Shown here: positions 39,184-53,514 of the stretch, piece after piece
How the letters are laid out: the number at the start of each line of letters is the position of its first letter
Position numbering within the stretch: position 1 is the first letter of the stretch
NCBI RefSeq assembly: GCF_006345805.1
Contig: NC_043007.1
Coordinates: forward strand, 39,556,001 to 39,620,000
Direction: 5' to 3'
Origin: Octopus sinensis
Taxonomy: Eukaryota
DNA length: 64,000 nucleotides
The notes under the pieces: model-generated
What the model was told of the DNA's origin: nothing
The model's input: the letters and a program-made list of their open reading frames with translations, nothing else
Database searches by the model: none
Program-made: the position numbers and the translations under genes

Positions 39184-40628
39184 TGTGTATATAATATATA
39201 TATATATCTATATATATATATATAATATATATATATATATAAATTCGATATATATATATAGTTACTGATTAAACTATATATTAAATTTAAATCTTCGCAT
39301 TTTCACCTTATTTTTTTTCTTTTTCTTTTTTTTTTTGTTTGTACTTCTAGCTATGGTAGAAGAAGGTATTTTGCCCAAGTCTGCAAAGTAGGGTCGAAGG
39401 CAGGACAACTTGGTAAGGAAGCGATCTTGTTAACGACACTGCCACGTCTCTGACCATATAAGCATCGTTGTTAGAAGAAGAAAAAAAAAAGCAAAGACAA
39501 AAACAATTACCTTTTTTAGTAATGTTTATATTTTTTCCATGTAATTATATGTCATTATAAATTGTTTTTAAAATGTTTAGTGAGATTGTTGTCGGAGTCA
39601 AAGTTCGTCATGTGATATATTCTTGCACAACGAGCACGGAGGCTGGCAAGTTATGCATGCAGTTTTTGAGAAGGGAGTGGCGATAAGAGAAAGAGATAGA
39701 CTGAGAGAGAGAGGTTGAGAAAGAGCGAGAGAGAGAGAGAGAAAGAGAGAGAAATAGTAAGGATGTGCGTTTCTATAAGTGAATGAAAGAGAATTAGAGA
39801 GTGTGAAGGAGTAATGGAGGAAAAGTTAGTGAAGATATTAACGAACAACAAAAACTCTGTTCATACGATTGAAAAAATGTTTAGACTCAGGAGAATAATC
39901 TTATGATTTATAAAATTTTGATCGTGTGCAGTATTTGTACCGTTTTTACTAAGTTACGTTCGTGTCTGGATACACACATGCATACATACATACATAATAC
40001 ATCAAACACATATATACGTACATATATATACATATATACATTATATTTATACATACACACACATATATATATGAATATATACGCGCATACGATATGTACA
40101 TAATGCATATAATATATATATATATATACATGCATACACATACATATATAAATATGCGTACATGTATGTGTGTTTCAAGGAATATGGTGTGACTACATGC
40201 TAGCCTTGTATGTATATATATATATATAAATATATATATATACATAAATACATACATACATACATACATGCATACATATACACATATATATATACATATA
40301 TATATATACACACATACACACATATATATATATATAAATTCATATATATATATATACACACGCACACATATATACATAATGAGACAAACACATATATATG
40401 CATATATACACACGCAAAATTCTATTTTATATGTACATGTGTGTGAGTAAGTGGGAGCATGGTTGCGACTATATGCCTGGCGGTATGTATGTGTGTTATA
40501 TATGATCATGTGTGTGCGTCGGTGAAGTTAAATTTTTGTGATAGCGCTTGTATGTAACGGTGTGTCCGTGTGACAACAGTGTGCTGTGGTTTTTCCTCTT
40601 GTATAAATATGTGTCCATTTGTGCATAT

Positions 40629-40702
<74 letters not shown>

Positions 40703-41239
40703 ATTTCTGTGTACCATTGCCTGTGTGTGTATGTGCGTGTATTGTTTGTTCTTCTCTTTCAATTATTTCCCTCTGAAGACGTCTAGTTCTTATATGGAAG
40801 CATTATATGTATTTATTCCTCTTGACTTGTTGTTTTGTGTTGTTGTGTGATTTGGGATTTGTGTTTTACTCCTGAAACAAACAAAAAAAAATAATAATAA
40901 TAATTTAACCAAAAAACAAACCATAAAACCATAAAAAATAACCAGAAAATATTTCTAAAAGTATAAATAAAATAAACGAAAAACAGAAGAATTATAATTT
41001 GAAAGCAAATCATATAACGATTAAATCTATTATACCGCTAATGTTTCTTTTTTGCTATTGTTGTTGTTATAGTTGTTGGGCTCTTGTTGTTTTTCTTTTT
41101 CTTTTTTTTTTTGGTTTTTGGTTTTTTTATATATTTCTTCTCCTCTATAACTCGTCCTTCCATTCGTTATAAATTAAATTTGATAAGCCTGAAACTAATT
41201 TAAATATTTATCAAATGGAAATTTCAAACTGTCTTCTCT

Positions 41240-41478
41240 AACAGCAATGCCAACATCAACTCCACCACCACCACAACCGCAACCACCACTACGACCACTA
41301 CCACCACAACCACCACCACCACAAGCATCAGCGCCACAACCACAACCACAGCCAACACCGTCACTACCACAACCACCGACGCCGCCGTCGCCGCCGCTGC
41401 CACCGATATAACCAGAAACAACATTAACATTACCACCAGAAGTCCCATCACCATCTCCATCACCACCAGCACCACCTG
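41240..41478. repeat. ACC/GCC-rich cryptic simple sequence
   Basis: Direct inspection. Confidence 0.85.
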
Positions 41479-41620
41479 AAGCACACAAGACAAAAGAAAA
41501 AAAATGTTAAATAAATATACAAATTTTAATTTTTTTTAAATTGAAAAAAGATTACACATATATACATATACACACATATATATATATACATATATGTACA
41601 TATATACATATATATGTGTT

Positions 41621-41653
<33 letters not shown>

Positions 41654-42061
41654 GTATAATTATATGTATGTATGTATATGCATTATGTATGTGTATGTAT
41701 ATATAATATATGTATCTATATATATATTATATATATATGTATATATATATATATTTATATAAATACATGCATATATATATATATACATACATATAATATA
41801 TATACACATATATATATATATATTATATATTATATATATATCATATCTATATATATATATATATAAGGGGGTCGTATAAAATAAAAGAACAAACACAACT
41901 ATAACAAGAGCAATAACAACCATTACAACAGATCAAATGATAATTTTTTTCAAATTAAGCAAACAAAATAATGATGCTACTACTACTACTAATAATAATA
42001 ATAATAATAACAACAACAACAACAATTATAATGACAATAGCTGCAGCAGCGGTAGTTGTAA

Positions 42062-42134
<73 letters not shown>

Positions 42135-42349
42135 TAGTAGTAGTAGTAGTAGTAGTAGTGTCGACAATGGTAATACTAGTAATAATAAAGCAACAATTAC
42201 TTTTTTAAAAAATATTTACAAAAACTATTTAAAAAAAAAGACAAAAAGAATGTAAAAAGTTAATTCCAGCTGATCTCTTCTTCAATTTTCTCAATCATTT
42301 TGATGTCGTTTTAAAATAATTAGTTAACACGCTTAAAAGTATGTAATGG

Positions 42350-43076
42350 TACGGTGGTGGTGGTGGTGGTGGTGGTGGTCGTCGTCGTCGTCGTCGTCGT
42401 CGTCGTTGTGGTCGTGGTCGTGGTCGTGGTGTTCATGGTGGTGGCGGCCGCGGCGCCAGTGCTGGTAGTGGTATCGGTGGTCTTGGTAGAGGTGGGGGGG
42501 TGATGGTGGTGGTAATCTTTGTAGCTTTTGTTGCTTGCTTTTGGTGTGGGTGAAGTTGTAGGTAGCGTTGTTGTTGTTATTGGTGGCGCTAATGCATGTG
42601 ATGGTGGTGGTGGTCTTTTTGTTGACGTTGTTTGTCTTGATGTGTTTCTTGTTGCTACTGCTGACAGAGGTGGTGATGGTGTTGTTGTTGTTGGTAGTGG
42701 TGGTGCTGGTGCTGGTGGAGAGGACGATGATGATAATGATGGTGGTGATGCGGATTGTGGGGGTGTTGGTGGTGGTGATGGCGGTGGTGGTGGTGGTGGT
42801 GTAGGTGGTGGTGGTGTAGGTGATGGTGGTGTAGGTGGTGGCTATCCTGGCAGGTTGAGGATGGTGATGAGGAGGATGATGTTGACAATGATGGTGATGA
42901 GGAGGATGATGTTGACAATGATGGTGATGATGATGATAATCATTATCATCCCCATCATTATCGTAACTATCATCATCATCAACATCGTCATCATCGCCAT
43001 GATGATGATGGTGATAATGATGGTCATCATTACCATCATTATTATCATCATCATCATTATCATCATCATCATCTTT

Positions 43077-43134
<58 letters not shown>

Positions 43135-43890
43135 GCTTCTACATCATCTTCATCATCATTATCATCATCGACATCGTCATTATCGCCATCATCATCTCCA
43201 CCCTCATCATTTTGGTCGTCGTCGTCATCATCGCCATCATCATCATCAGCGTCACCTTCATTATCATCATCATCATCATCATTATCATCATTATCATGAT
43301 CACTCCATCATTATCATCAATATCGTCATCATCGTCATCATCATCTCCACCACCTTCATCATCATCAACATCATCCTCATCATTGCCAACATCATCACCA
43401 CCACCACCAGCTTCATGATTGTTATCGTCATTCGTATCATCCACATTTCGTCAAAATCGCCATCACTAGCCATTATTATTTTTCTTTCCCAGTATCACCC
43501 TCATCATCACCATCGCCACAGCGATAATCCTCTTCTTCTTCTTTATCATTATCATTATCGTTGCCCACATCACCGCCGCCACCACCACAATAACTACCCT
43601 CATCTCCATCACCGTCCTCCCCACCACCATCGCCCCTACCACCATTATTACAATCATCAGTTTCACAACCGTCAGCATCACCACCAACACCATCATAGCC
43701 ATCAGCATCACCAACATCATAACCATCATCCCCATTTTTACAACCCCAACACCATCGCCACAATCACCACCGACACCACCACCAACTCCTTCACCATCAT
43801 CGCTATCACCATACTCACCATCACCATCCCCACCGTTACCATCTCTACCGTCGCCACCACCACAACCATCAGTGTCATTACTTCCATCAC
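42350..43890. repeat. Long trinucleotide low-complexity region (GGT/GAT switching to CAT/CAC)
   Basis: Direct inspection; polarity switch at about 42940-43025. Confidence 0.9.
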
Positions 43891-44259
43891 CGTCTATTTT
43901 CTACTTTCCCCGTTTCCTATAAATATCAGAAAAAATTATAATTTAATTAAATATTAAATATTTAAATATTTATATAGTTATTTATTGATTAGAATTTTCC
44001 TTTCTTAATTTAAGTTGTATCATATCTATGTAATCATCTGCATTTATTACAGTGTCTTCCGGTTCCGGTGTGGACGTGATTCCTAAACAAACGCATGCAC
44101 AAACAATCATATAAGAACACAAGCAATACATACACACACATACATGCATACTTACACAAAAATATGTACATGTTTATACATAAATACATATCATATATGT
44201 ATACATATATATATACACACACACACACACATATATATATATAAATATAAATGTATATA

Positions 44260-44830
44260 CGCAGTCTGATCACTAAGTATCCGGACTGTTGCTATATAAC
44301 GAAGCTAAAGCATGCAGAGTGAAGCCGCTTGAACTCTGCTGTGCATGCGCACTAAGTTTTGACGCTCTAGTTCACTTCCGCTGTTTACAGCAGTACTTGG
44401 AATTAAGGTGTGTAGCGTGTGATCGTCGCATTAACTGTGACAAATTTGTCATGGAGATACCTGCTCAGAGGCCAACGCAAAGTTGCAGAAAGTGTATGAG
44501 GAGAAGTGTATGAGCCACACATAAGTGTACGAGTGGTTCAGACGTTTCCAAGATGGCCGAGAAAATGATATTGACCCTCAACCAGCAGAACTGAGAAAAA
44601 CATCGCAGATGTGTGTACAGCTGTGAGGAGAAATCGTCGAATCACCATCTGTGAGTTATCAGGGGATGTGCAGATTCTGTTCAGTCCATTATCACTGAAG
44701 ATTTGGGTATGAGACATGTGCCTGCCAAAGCTGCTTTCAACTGACCAAGAAGACACTCGGGTTTCAGTTGTATAAAATCTCATTGATTGTATCAAGAATG
44801 ATGAAAGTTATTTGAAAACTCTGCATAGGC
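44260..44830 (+). mobile_element. Mariner relic, 5' part (second family)
   Basis: LQKVYEEKCMSHT*VYEWFRRFQDGRE, PSTSRTEKNI..V..NRRITICEL and IITEDLGMRHV.AK. Confidence 0.8.
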
Positions 44831-44959
44831 CTCTGAACAGGTATCGCCAAGCTTTTGCCAGATTATCTGTTTAACTTTCTGCTATGGTCTGCGAAAACAA
44901 GGACGGAAAAACCGACGATGTTACACAAATATAAATACAAAATACAATGAAGAAAATAA

Positions 44960-45031
44960 TATAATAATAATAATAATAATAATATAATAATAATAATAAT
45001 AATAATATAACAATAATAATAATAATAATAA

Positions 45032-45063
<32 letters not shown>

Positions 45064-45093
45064 TAGTAGTAGTAGTAGTAGTATTAGTAGTAC

Positions 45094-45134
<41 letters not shown>

Positions 45135-45158
45135 TAGTAGTAGTAGTAGTAGTAGTAC

Positions 45159-45202
<44 letters not shown>

Positions 45203-45235
45203 TAGTAGTAGTAGTAGTAATGATAATAATAATAA

Positions 45236-45267
<32 letters not shown>

Positions 45268-45285
45268 TAATAATAATAATAATAA

Positions 45286-45347
<62 letters not shown>

Positions 45348-45348
45348 C

Positions 45349-45407
<59 letters not shown>

Positions 45408-45437
45408 ATGATAATAATAATAATAATAATAATAATA
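44960..45437. repeat. (AAT)n/(AGT)n compound microsatellite
   Basis: Direct inspection. Confidence 0.95.
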
Positions 45438-46576
45438 AAACTTGTCTCAAAACATGAAAACAAGAAAGCATCATACTCAGTAACAAAACAGGCAAAGGAA
45501 TATCTAAGTGAATTCCGAATACAACAAATTTCGGAATTAGAGATAGACATACAAGAAACAGGCACAGAAAAAGCTAAGCGCATGAAAACCCGTGCTAAAT
45601 CTGCGGCCTTAGATATTCTGAATGATAAATGGCAAGAAAAACCTCTCTATGGCAAATACCCAAAGAGAGCGAATAATGCAGATGTTGACAAAGCCCTGAC
45701 CCATCAATGGCTAATGATCTCTGGCTTAAAATCTGAAACAGAGGGGTTTATCATAGCAGCTCAAGATCAATGCCTACCAACAAGAAACTACCAGGCCAAC
45801 ATATTAAAGATCGGCAGTAGTCCAACGTGTTGTGTATGCCAGCAACAAAACGAAACCATTGATCATGTGGTCTCCAAGTGCAGTCTTCTAGCACCTACAG
45901 AGTACCTCAACAGGCATGATAGAGCTGCACAATATATTCACTGGGTAATCTGCAAAAACCTGGATTTGCCCCATGAAAAAAAAAACTGGTGGGAACACAA
46001 ACCACCTCCAGTGCATGAAAATGACCACATCTCACTCCTCTGGAACTTCACCATTCAAACTGACAGAAAGATAGATGCAAATAGGCCAGATATCATATTG
46101 AAAGACTTCAAAGAACATGCCTCCTCATTGATATGACTGTCCCAATTGATATAAACGTATCTATCAAGACCTACCAAAAACTGAGCAAATATAAAAATCT
46201 TGAAATAGAAATCAGCAAAATGTGGAACCTGAAGACTAAAACAATACCTGTTGTCATAGGTGCCCTGGGAATGATAGCAAAAGGGGTTGATTGCTACCTA
46301 ACTCAGATACCAGGAAACCCAAAAGTGGCAGAAGTTCAAAAGATAGTGCTCATGGGAACTGCTCATATCCTACGCAAAATACTTTCTATGTAATCTCAAG
46401 GTTTAAAACAAACATTTTTGTTTTTGTTTTTAGACACCCACCAGTACAACACAAAAAACAACCAAATATATGGCACACTAGGAATAACAACAACGTGAAC
46501 TTCCAACCTGTTGTCTCTTGAGGTCTCCGGGTGAGACGTGGAGCCAACTTGTACAAATATAAAGCAAAAGTCAAAC

Positions 46577-46580
<4 letters not shown>
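45438..46580 (+). mobile_element. R4/Dong-clade LINE, 5'-truncated: zinc knuckle, restriction-like endonuclease and 3' UTR
   Basis: ORFs 45408-46136 and 46133-46393: ETEGFIIAAQDQ, CCVC..ETIDHVV.KC, YLNRHD, NRPDII, K..KY..L and PVVIGALG; (AAT)n on both sides. Confidence 0.92.
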
Positions 46581-46646
<66 letters not shown>

Positions 46647-46911
46647 CTGAAAACAGAAACAATTCCTATCATAGTAGGTGTATTAGGCATGATAAAAAAA
46701 TATTCAGACAAATACATAACAAAAACACCAGGACTTACAAACACATATAACATACAGAAAATTGCACTACTAGGCACTGCACACATCCTACGCAGAACAC
46801 TTTCCATACAATAACCATCAGAGCATCACAACAAATCACAGCACATACCCAAGGCACACAGAGCTGCGCTCGGTAGTGAAGTGAAAGCACGCTATAAAAA
46901 TAAAACTACTA
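46647..46911 (+). mobile_element. R4/Dong-like LINE 3' end (subfamily 2) inside (AAT)n
   Basis: LKTETIPIIVGVLGMIKK..IQKIALLGTAHILRRTLS; (AAT)n on both sides. Confidence 0.88.
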
Positions 46912-46986
<75 letters not shown>

Positions 46987-47553
46987 TCTAATAATAATAA
47001 CAGGACATAACAACAAGTGTCTTTCGACTGGGATCGAATTGAATTCAGCTGGCGTATGTGGAAATGAAGCCTTACGGCAGAGATACAGAACTTTCACAAA
47101 CACAGGGAAGAATATCGATGTGGCAGCAACCATAGTCAGACGCAAAAAAAAGGGCTAGCAGTCTGGCTATCGGTCACGTGAGAAGAGAAGAGAGAGAAAA
47201 AGAGGAACAAAAGAATTAAGGAGGGGAAAGAGAAGAGAGTGTAGAAGCAGATGGACAGAGGAATTAAGGAGGGGCGAGAAAAAATGACAGAGTCATAGTG
47301 AAGTGAAAAGTGTGTAAGAAAGGCAAAGAAATGTGAGAGAAGGGGAAAGAAGGAACGAAGAGTGGAATGAACGAATAAGTGTGAAAAGGTTGAAAAGGTC
47401 GTACAAAACTTGTCAAACCCAACCTCTAAGAAATTGTGAATTGCGTGGAGAATTCATGGAATAAAATTGCCGACGGTTGCTTTTCCAATGCTCTACGAAC
47501 AGGGTAGTTGGACAAAAAAGCCTTCAATTATTATGGAAAGTTATATTGCCAAA

Positions 47554-47596
47554 CATCATCATCAGCGTCACCTTCATTATCATCATCATCATCTTT

Positions 47597-47640
<44 letters not shown>

Positions 47641-47901
47641 TATCATCATTATCATCATCACTCCGTCATTATCATCAATATCGTCATCATCGTCATCATC
47701 ATCTCCACCACCTTCATCATCATCAACATCATCCTCATCATTGCCAACATCATCACCACCACCAGCTTCATGATTGTTATCGTCATTCGTATCATCCACA
47801 TTTCGTCAAAATCGCCATCACTAGCCATTATCATTTTTCTTTCCCAGTATCACCCTCATCATCACCATCGCCACAGCGATAATCCTCTTCTTCTTCTTTA
47901 T
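47554..47901 (+). repeat. Dispersed near-identical copy of 43238-43546
   Basis: Same unique words (cagcgtcaccttc, atttcgtcaaaatcgcc, gccacagcgataatcc) in the same order. Confidence 0.9.
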
Positions 47902-48137
47902 TGGGGTCCATGATTCTACAGGAAGGGGATTTACAAGAAATTCAGTCTGAAGTTCGGGGTTTGATGATTTATAAACGATGTTCCGGAACAGGAAGAAATG
48001 TTTGTACATCACTAAAAACAAGAGGCAAATAAATAAAGTTTTGTTAACTAAAAACATGAGTTTCCTTTTAACAATTTTTTGTCCTTTTACTCGAGGACAT
48101 GAGACTTTTTGTTTTTTTTCTGCAAAAATATAAAGCA

Positions 48138-48215
48138 CCCCCCGAAAATAAGACCCGGTCTTATATAATTTTGCATCTAAAAATGCACTAGGGCTTATTT
48201 TCAGGGAAACCCCGG
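48138..48215. mobile_element. Tc1/pogo-type MITE end
   Basis: Inverted repeat cccgaaaataag / cttattttcaggg; end gaaaccccgg-TA. Confidence 0.5.
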
Positions 48216-48245
48216 TATATCCACTCACATACATACATACTTATT

Positions 48246-48540
48246 GGAGGCGTATGGTCTAGTGGTTAGAGCAGCGGACTCGCGGTCGAGGGATCGCGGG
48301 TTCGAATCTCAGACCGGGCGATGTGTGTGTTTATGAGCGAAACACTTAAGCTCCACGCGGCTCCGGCAGAAAATAAAGGCAAACTTCTGCTGACTCTTTC
48401 GCCACAACTTACTCTCAATCTTTCCTCTTGCTGCTGACCTGCGACGGACCGGTGTCCCGTCCATGTGGGGAACCTATACGCCAAGAAAACCGGGAAACCG
48501 GCCCTATGAGCCGGGCGTGGCTCGAGAAAGAGCAAACAAC
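48246..48540 (+). mobile_element. Chimeric SINE (C-type head, D-type tail) with 11-bp flanking duplication
   Basis: B box gggttcgaatc; flanking catacatactt on both sides. Confidence 0.85.
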
Positions 48541-49243
48541 AGCATACATACTTGCGTAGTTGGCAGGAACAGGCGTTTGCTTGAGGTAGAAGATGGTTAT
48601 ATGTCCAGCATTACTTATTCTTCAAATTGCATTGATTAAAAAAACTTTTATTCAAGATCGTACTAGCCAATTCACCATAGGGTGAATCGTTACAAACAGC
48701 ATGGCTTGAAATTAAAGAAGAATCGATTGAAAACAACGTCAGAATAGGTAACTGAAATACTATTTATTTATTTATCGAAGGGACTCATTAACGCATTTGG
48801 CATCCTCGCGAACCGTTACTAAGATGATTTTTGTTTCCCTCTGATACACATTGTATTATGAACACAACACGTCCAACAGAGATATCCCCAGACGATTATC
48901 GTTATAGAATACGCCTAACAAAGTATCTATGTTACGATTGATAAAAAGCTACAAACACGCACACATGGCGTTTTATTGACACCCAAATAACTTCACAAAA
49001 TGTTATCCAAAGTTTCTCACAACCGATCGACAGACAACCCCGAGTATTTTACTAATACGTGCTTATATTTGTGTTTACAAATCTTTATTACGTGCGACGA
49101 TGATAAGCAGTTCAGTTACATATACGTAGCTATGTACAAAGCTAACCATGAAATTAATCTACCTGCCTAGCCAAGTAGCTACCTACACGTACATACATAG
49201 ATACATATCTTGCTACCTGCCTACTCTCCTACATAGGTACATA

Positions 49244-49245
<2 letters not shown>

Positions 49246-49274
<29 letters not shown>

Positions 49275-49680
49275 CATACATACATACATACATACATACA
49301 TGCATGCACACATTTATATACATACAAACATACATACATACATACATACATACATACATACATGCATGCATGCATACATACATACATACATACATACATA
49401 CATACATACATACATACATACATGCATGCACACATTTATATACATACATACATACATACATACATACATACATACATGCATGCATGCATACATACATACA
49501 TACATACATACATACATACATACATACATACATACATACATACATACATGCATGCACACATTTATATACATACAAACATACATACATGCACACAAACATA
49601 CATAATACATACATACATGCACACATACATACATGCATACATATGTACACACATGCATGCATATATGCATGCATGCCACT
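49246..49680. repeat. (CATA)n microsatellite with ~124-bp higher-order period
   Basis: catgcatgcacacatttatatacat recurs with cattt at about 49311, 49433 and 49559. Confidence 0.85.
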
Positions 49681-49920
49681 ACTCGTCTTATACACTACAC
49701 ATCACTCAGTAATTAATTTTTTATTCGATGTGAAAGAGAAATATTTAATGGTACTTTTTGACTACATTTATTGGTTTGATCAGACATTATTTAATTTTTT
49801 ATATTTATATATAATATACATACGTATATAAATATATATATATACACACACACACTCACGCTCACTCACTCACACACACACACTCACACACATTCACACA
49901 CACACACACACACTCACACA

Positions 49921-49986
<66 letters not shown>

Positions 49987-50289
49987 CATATGTATATAGA
50001 TATATATGTGTGTATATATATTCATATGTTTATATATATATACACACACATACGCACATACACAGATACGCACTCGCATATACACTCATACTCACACACA
50101 TGCATGCATACATACATACATACATACGTACATACATACATACACACACACACGTGTGTGTGTGTATGTTTATGTATGTATATGTTCATATGCCGGCTTA
50201 TTGTTGACAGATAGTCGGTCATCACCTCCATTAACCTCTCAGCTGAAAACAAACCAAAAACGAACATAGCGGCGGCTGCAGCGATTTGA

Positions 50290-50390
<101 letters not shown>

Positions 50391-50639
50391 TTGGTGGCGT
50401 TGGTGGGGGGGTACATGCATTGATGGTGGTGAGGACGATGGGGAAGCTGATGGCGATAGTGGTAACGGTGATAGATGTAAAGATAACGGTAGTGGTGGTT
50501 GCAGTCGTAGTAGCAAAGGTTGCAATGGTGGTTGTGATAAGGGTGGAGACGGTGGAGCGAGTACTTGGGTCGATTAATGCGTGTTGGAATTTTAAGTCCT
50601 GTGGTACTTTGAGAATTCCTGTTTGTAGTAGTAGTAGTG

Positions 50640-50715
<76 letters not shown>

Positions 50716-50899
50716 CTGTCGTCGTTATTGTTTAGTCACTGTTTAACAATTTCTATAAGCAAAAGCATTCCATCCGTGATAATCCTGTTTTTCTTATTTG
50801 TAGGGAACCCAGAATCACGTTACCCAAGATGTCCCGTTTCGAGACAAGCTTTTGGAATTCATCAAGTAAAACAAGTAAAAGAGTAAAGAGTACCAGGAC

Positions 50900-51347
50900 T
50901 GCTGAAAAATATGTGCCCATTGCAGCCGAAATTTCTTGACCCGTCGTGGGAAACTACATCTTAAATCTTGAGATCTGATGTCGTTCAGGAAGTGAATTGA
51001 TTCCAGGTCATTTTCGCCCTGCCCGGCTCCTTCCGAAGCGGATTGTACATTTAATGCAGAAAAATTTAGTGTGTTTAGAGCAAGCCTTGCCGGCTTGCCG
51101 ACTTACCATTCCTTGTCCAGGAAGCGCATTGACACTACGAGTCCTTTCCAAAATGGCGCAGCCACACCTTTCGGGCCAGACCTGCCAAAAGACACGTACA
51201 CCTCAAAAGCTACGTAATCCTCGCGATGAGATGAGAATTTTCGACTATATCGAACTTTTGCGGACTGAGGTCGTTCAGCAAGTGATCTTGTTTACAACTC
51301 AGTCCCAGGGTATGTGCATTCAAGCTACAGACTTTCGGTTTCGTCAT
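50900..51347 (-). mobile_element. L1/Tx1-like APE endonuclease remnant
   Basis: KVCSLNAHTLG...KQDHLLNDL...FDIV and FEVYVSFG...KGVAA.FWKG...FLDKE resemble APE domains I-IV. Confidence 0.55.
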
Positions 51348-51361
51348 AATATATATTTTAA

Positions 51362-51650
51362 ATTCTTTTATTCTATTACTTGTTTCAGTCATTTGACTGC
51401 GGCTAGACTGGAGCACCGCCTTTTAGTCGAGCAAATCGATCCCAGGACTTATTCTTTGTAAGCTTAGTACTTATTCTATCGGTATCTTTTGCCGAACCGC
51501 TAAGTTACGGGGACGTAGACACACAAACACACACGTACACACAAACATACACACACACACATATATACATATATATATACGACAGGATTCTTTGAGTTTC
51601 CGTCTTCCAAATCCACTCATAAAGCTTGGGTCGGCCCGAGGCTATAGTAG
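51362..51650 (-). mobile_element. SINE family A, 5'-truncated
   Basis: acttgtttcagtcatttgactgcgg...ggtcggcccgaggctatagtag. Confidence 0.85.
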
Positions 51651-51700
51651 ATACATAGAGAGACAGACAAGCAGACATACAGACAGACAGATAGACAGAC

Positions 51701-51767
<67 letters not shown>

Positions 51768-51809
51768 CAGATAGATTAAAATTTAAAAATTAAGGGTACT
51801 AACAGACAG

Positions 51810-52295
51810 TACCGGCATGCTAACATATAGCAGTCAAAATGACTAAACCACAAGTTTTCACTTAAACACAAAGGTGAAAGCATGCAAATGAACAAAAACC
51901 TTATGAACCCGTACCAATGCCGAAAATAACCGAAAATTGAAAAAGCCAGATATTATTATAAATAATATATTCATATATATATATTTATATAATTTTTACT
52001 CACTTAGATCGCATTTTAAATATTTGCTGCGGTATTAAAAACGGTCAACGCACGCGTTAGTTGAGATGAACAAACTCTTCAGCCCTGTTGTCAGTATGAC
52101 TTACTGAGGATGAGCTACGGGTATTTCTCAAACTTCGAAATCACGGTGATAGGGGCAGGTCTGACATTTTCAGTTTTCGATTATTTTCGTCATTGGTACG
52201 GGTCATAGAGTTTTCTTCATTTGCGGCTTTCACCTTTCTGTTTAAATGGAAATCTGTGGTTTGGTCATTTTGAATGCTATGCTAGCATGCCGGTA
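51810..52295. mobile_element. Fold-back element with hammerhead-like core
   Basis: Arms 51810-51950 and 52160-52295 are reverse complements; CTGAGGA...GAA-atcacggtgat-A at 52104-52151. Confidence 0.65.
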
Positions 52296-52543
52296 TTAAC
52301 TGATAATTTCTACCTGTATTTGGTTTTTTTACACACTCACACACACACATGTGTATATATATACATATATATTTATATATATACATTATATACATTATAT
52401 ATACATTATATATAATGTAATATATATAATATAATATATACCTATCAGGTGGTCTTATTAAGTTAGACATGGCCTGGGCCAATCTTTGGCCGAAACATAC
52501 ACACACATAATATATATAAATATATCTATGTATATATATGTAT

Positions 52544-52584
<41 letters not shown>

Positions 52585-53514
52585 TGTGTGGTGTGTGTGT
52601 GTGTGTGTGTGTGTCTGTCTGTGTGTTTGTGTTTGTGTGCTTGTGTGCGTGTGTGTGCGTGTGTGTATACATTCTTTTATCCTTTTATTCATCTCAGCCA
52701 TGCTAGAACACACAGTGGGTTTTGCTGGTTTCCTATTTGCTGAAAAGCAAATAGAAAGAAAGAAAATAAGAAAAAATACATGTAGCGAAATGAGAATGAG
52801 TCATTAAGGGTTTACCGGGGTCAATTGGTGAACTTCACGGATTCCTGCTTTCCTTGCCTTAGCTTCTGGTTCTCAACTCTCGCGGGACTGCAGAGGTGCC
52901 GTCGTAACATATGGTTTGCAGGGTCATTTTAAAATCTAGTAGACTTCATCTCATATAGTTCTGATAACTGCTGATTTCTTCCAGAAAGAGTGAGATGGGG
53001 AGAGAGGGGAGGAGAAATATATATAGAGAGAGAGGGGAGAGAGATAAGGGAGAGCGAGGGAGAGAAAGGAGAGCATGGGAGAGAGAAGGGAGAGCGGGGG
53101 AGTGAGTGAGGGAAAGACAGAGATAGAAAGAGAGAGACAGAGAGACAGATGTATATATATAGAGAGAGAAAGAAAGAGAGAGACAGGGACAGAAAGAGAG
53201 AGGGAGAGGCTAAGCACAGTGAGAGGACGAGAAGAAGGATCGATTCAGTACAAAATTGATATGTTATTTAAACACTCTTTAGAACGATCAAAGCTAAAGT
53301 TGACCGCGAGAGGATTTGAACTCAGAGCACAGAGAGCCGAAATAATTAATGCAATGCAATCCATCCGTTTCTTCCTACCAGCCGCCAAGTCAATCTGATC
53401 ATAAAGGACAGTTCCTTGTCAAAAGATGTAGGAATATTCACCGCAGTCATCTCGCCACCCTCTACGTTGACTTATTCCATGTGATCTTAGTTATTAGGTA
53501 CTGCTTGAAAGGAA

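Noticed and set aside
42528-43957. 296-aa Gly/Ile-rich and 180-aa His-rich ORFs
   Set aside because: Trinucleotide low-complexity sequence is open in several frames on both strands; no domain or splice evidence
50997-51461. 154-aa plus-strand ORF as a host gene
   Set aside because: It is antisense to an APE-like remnant and ends inside a SINE
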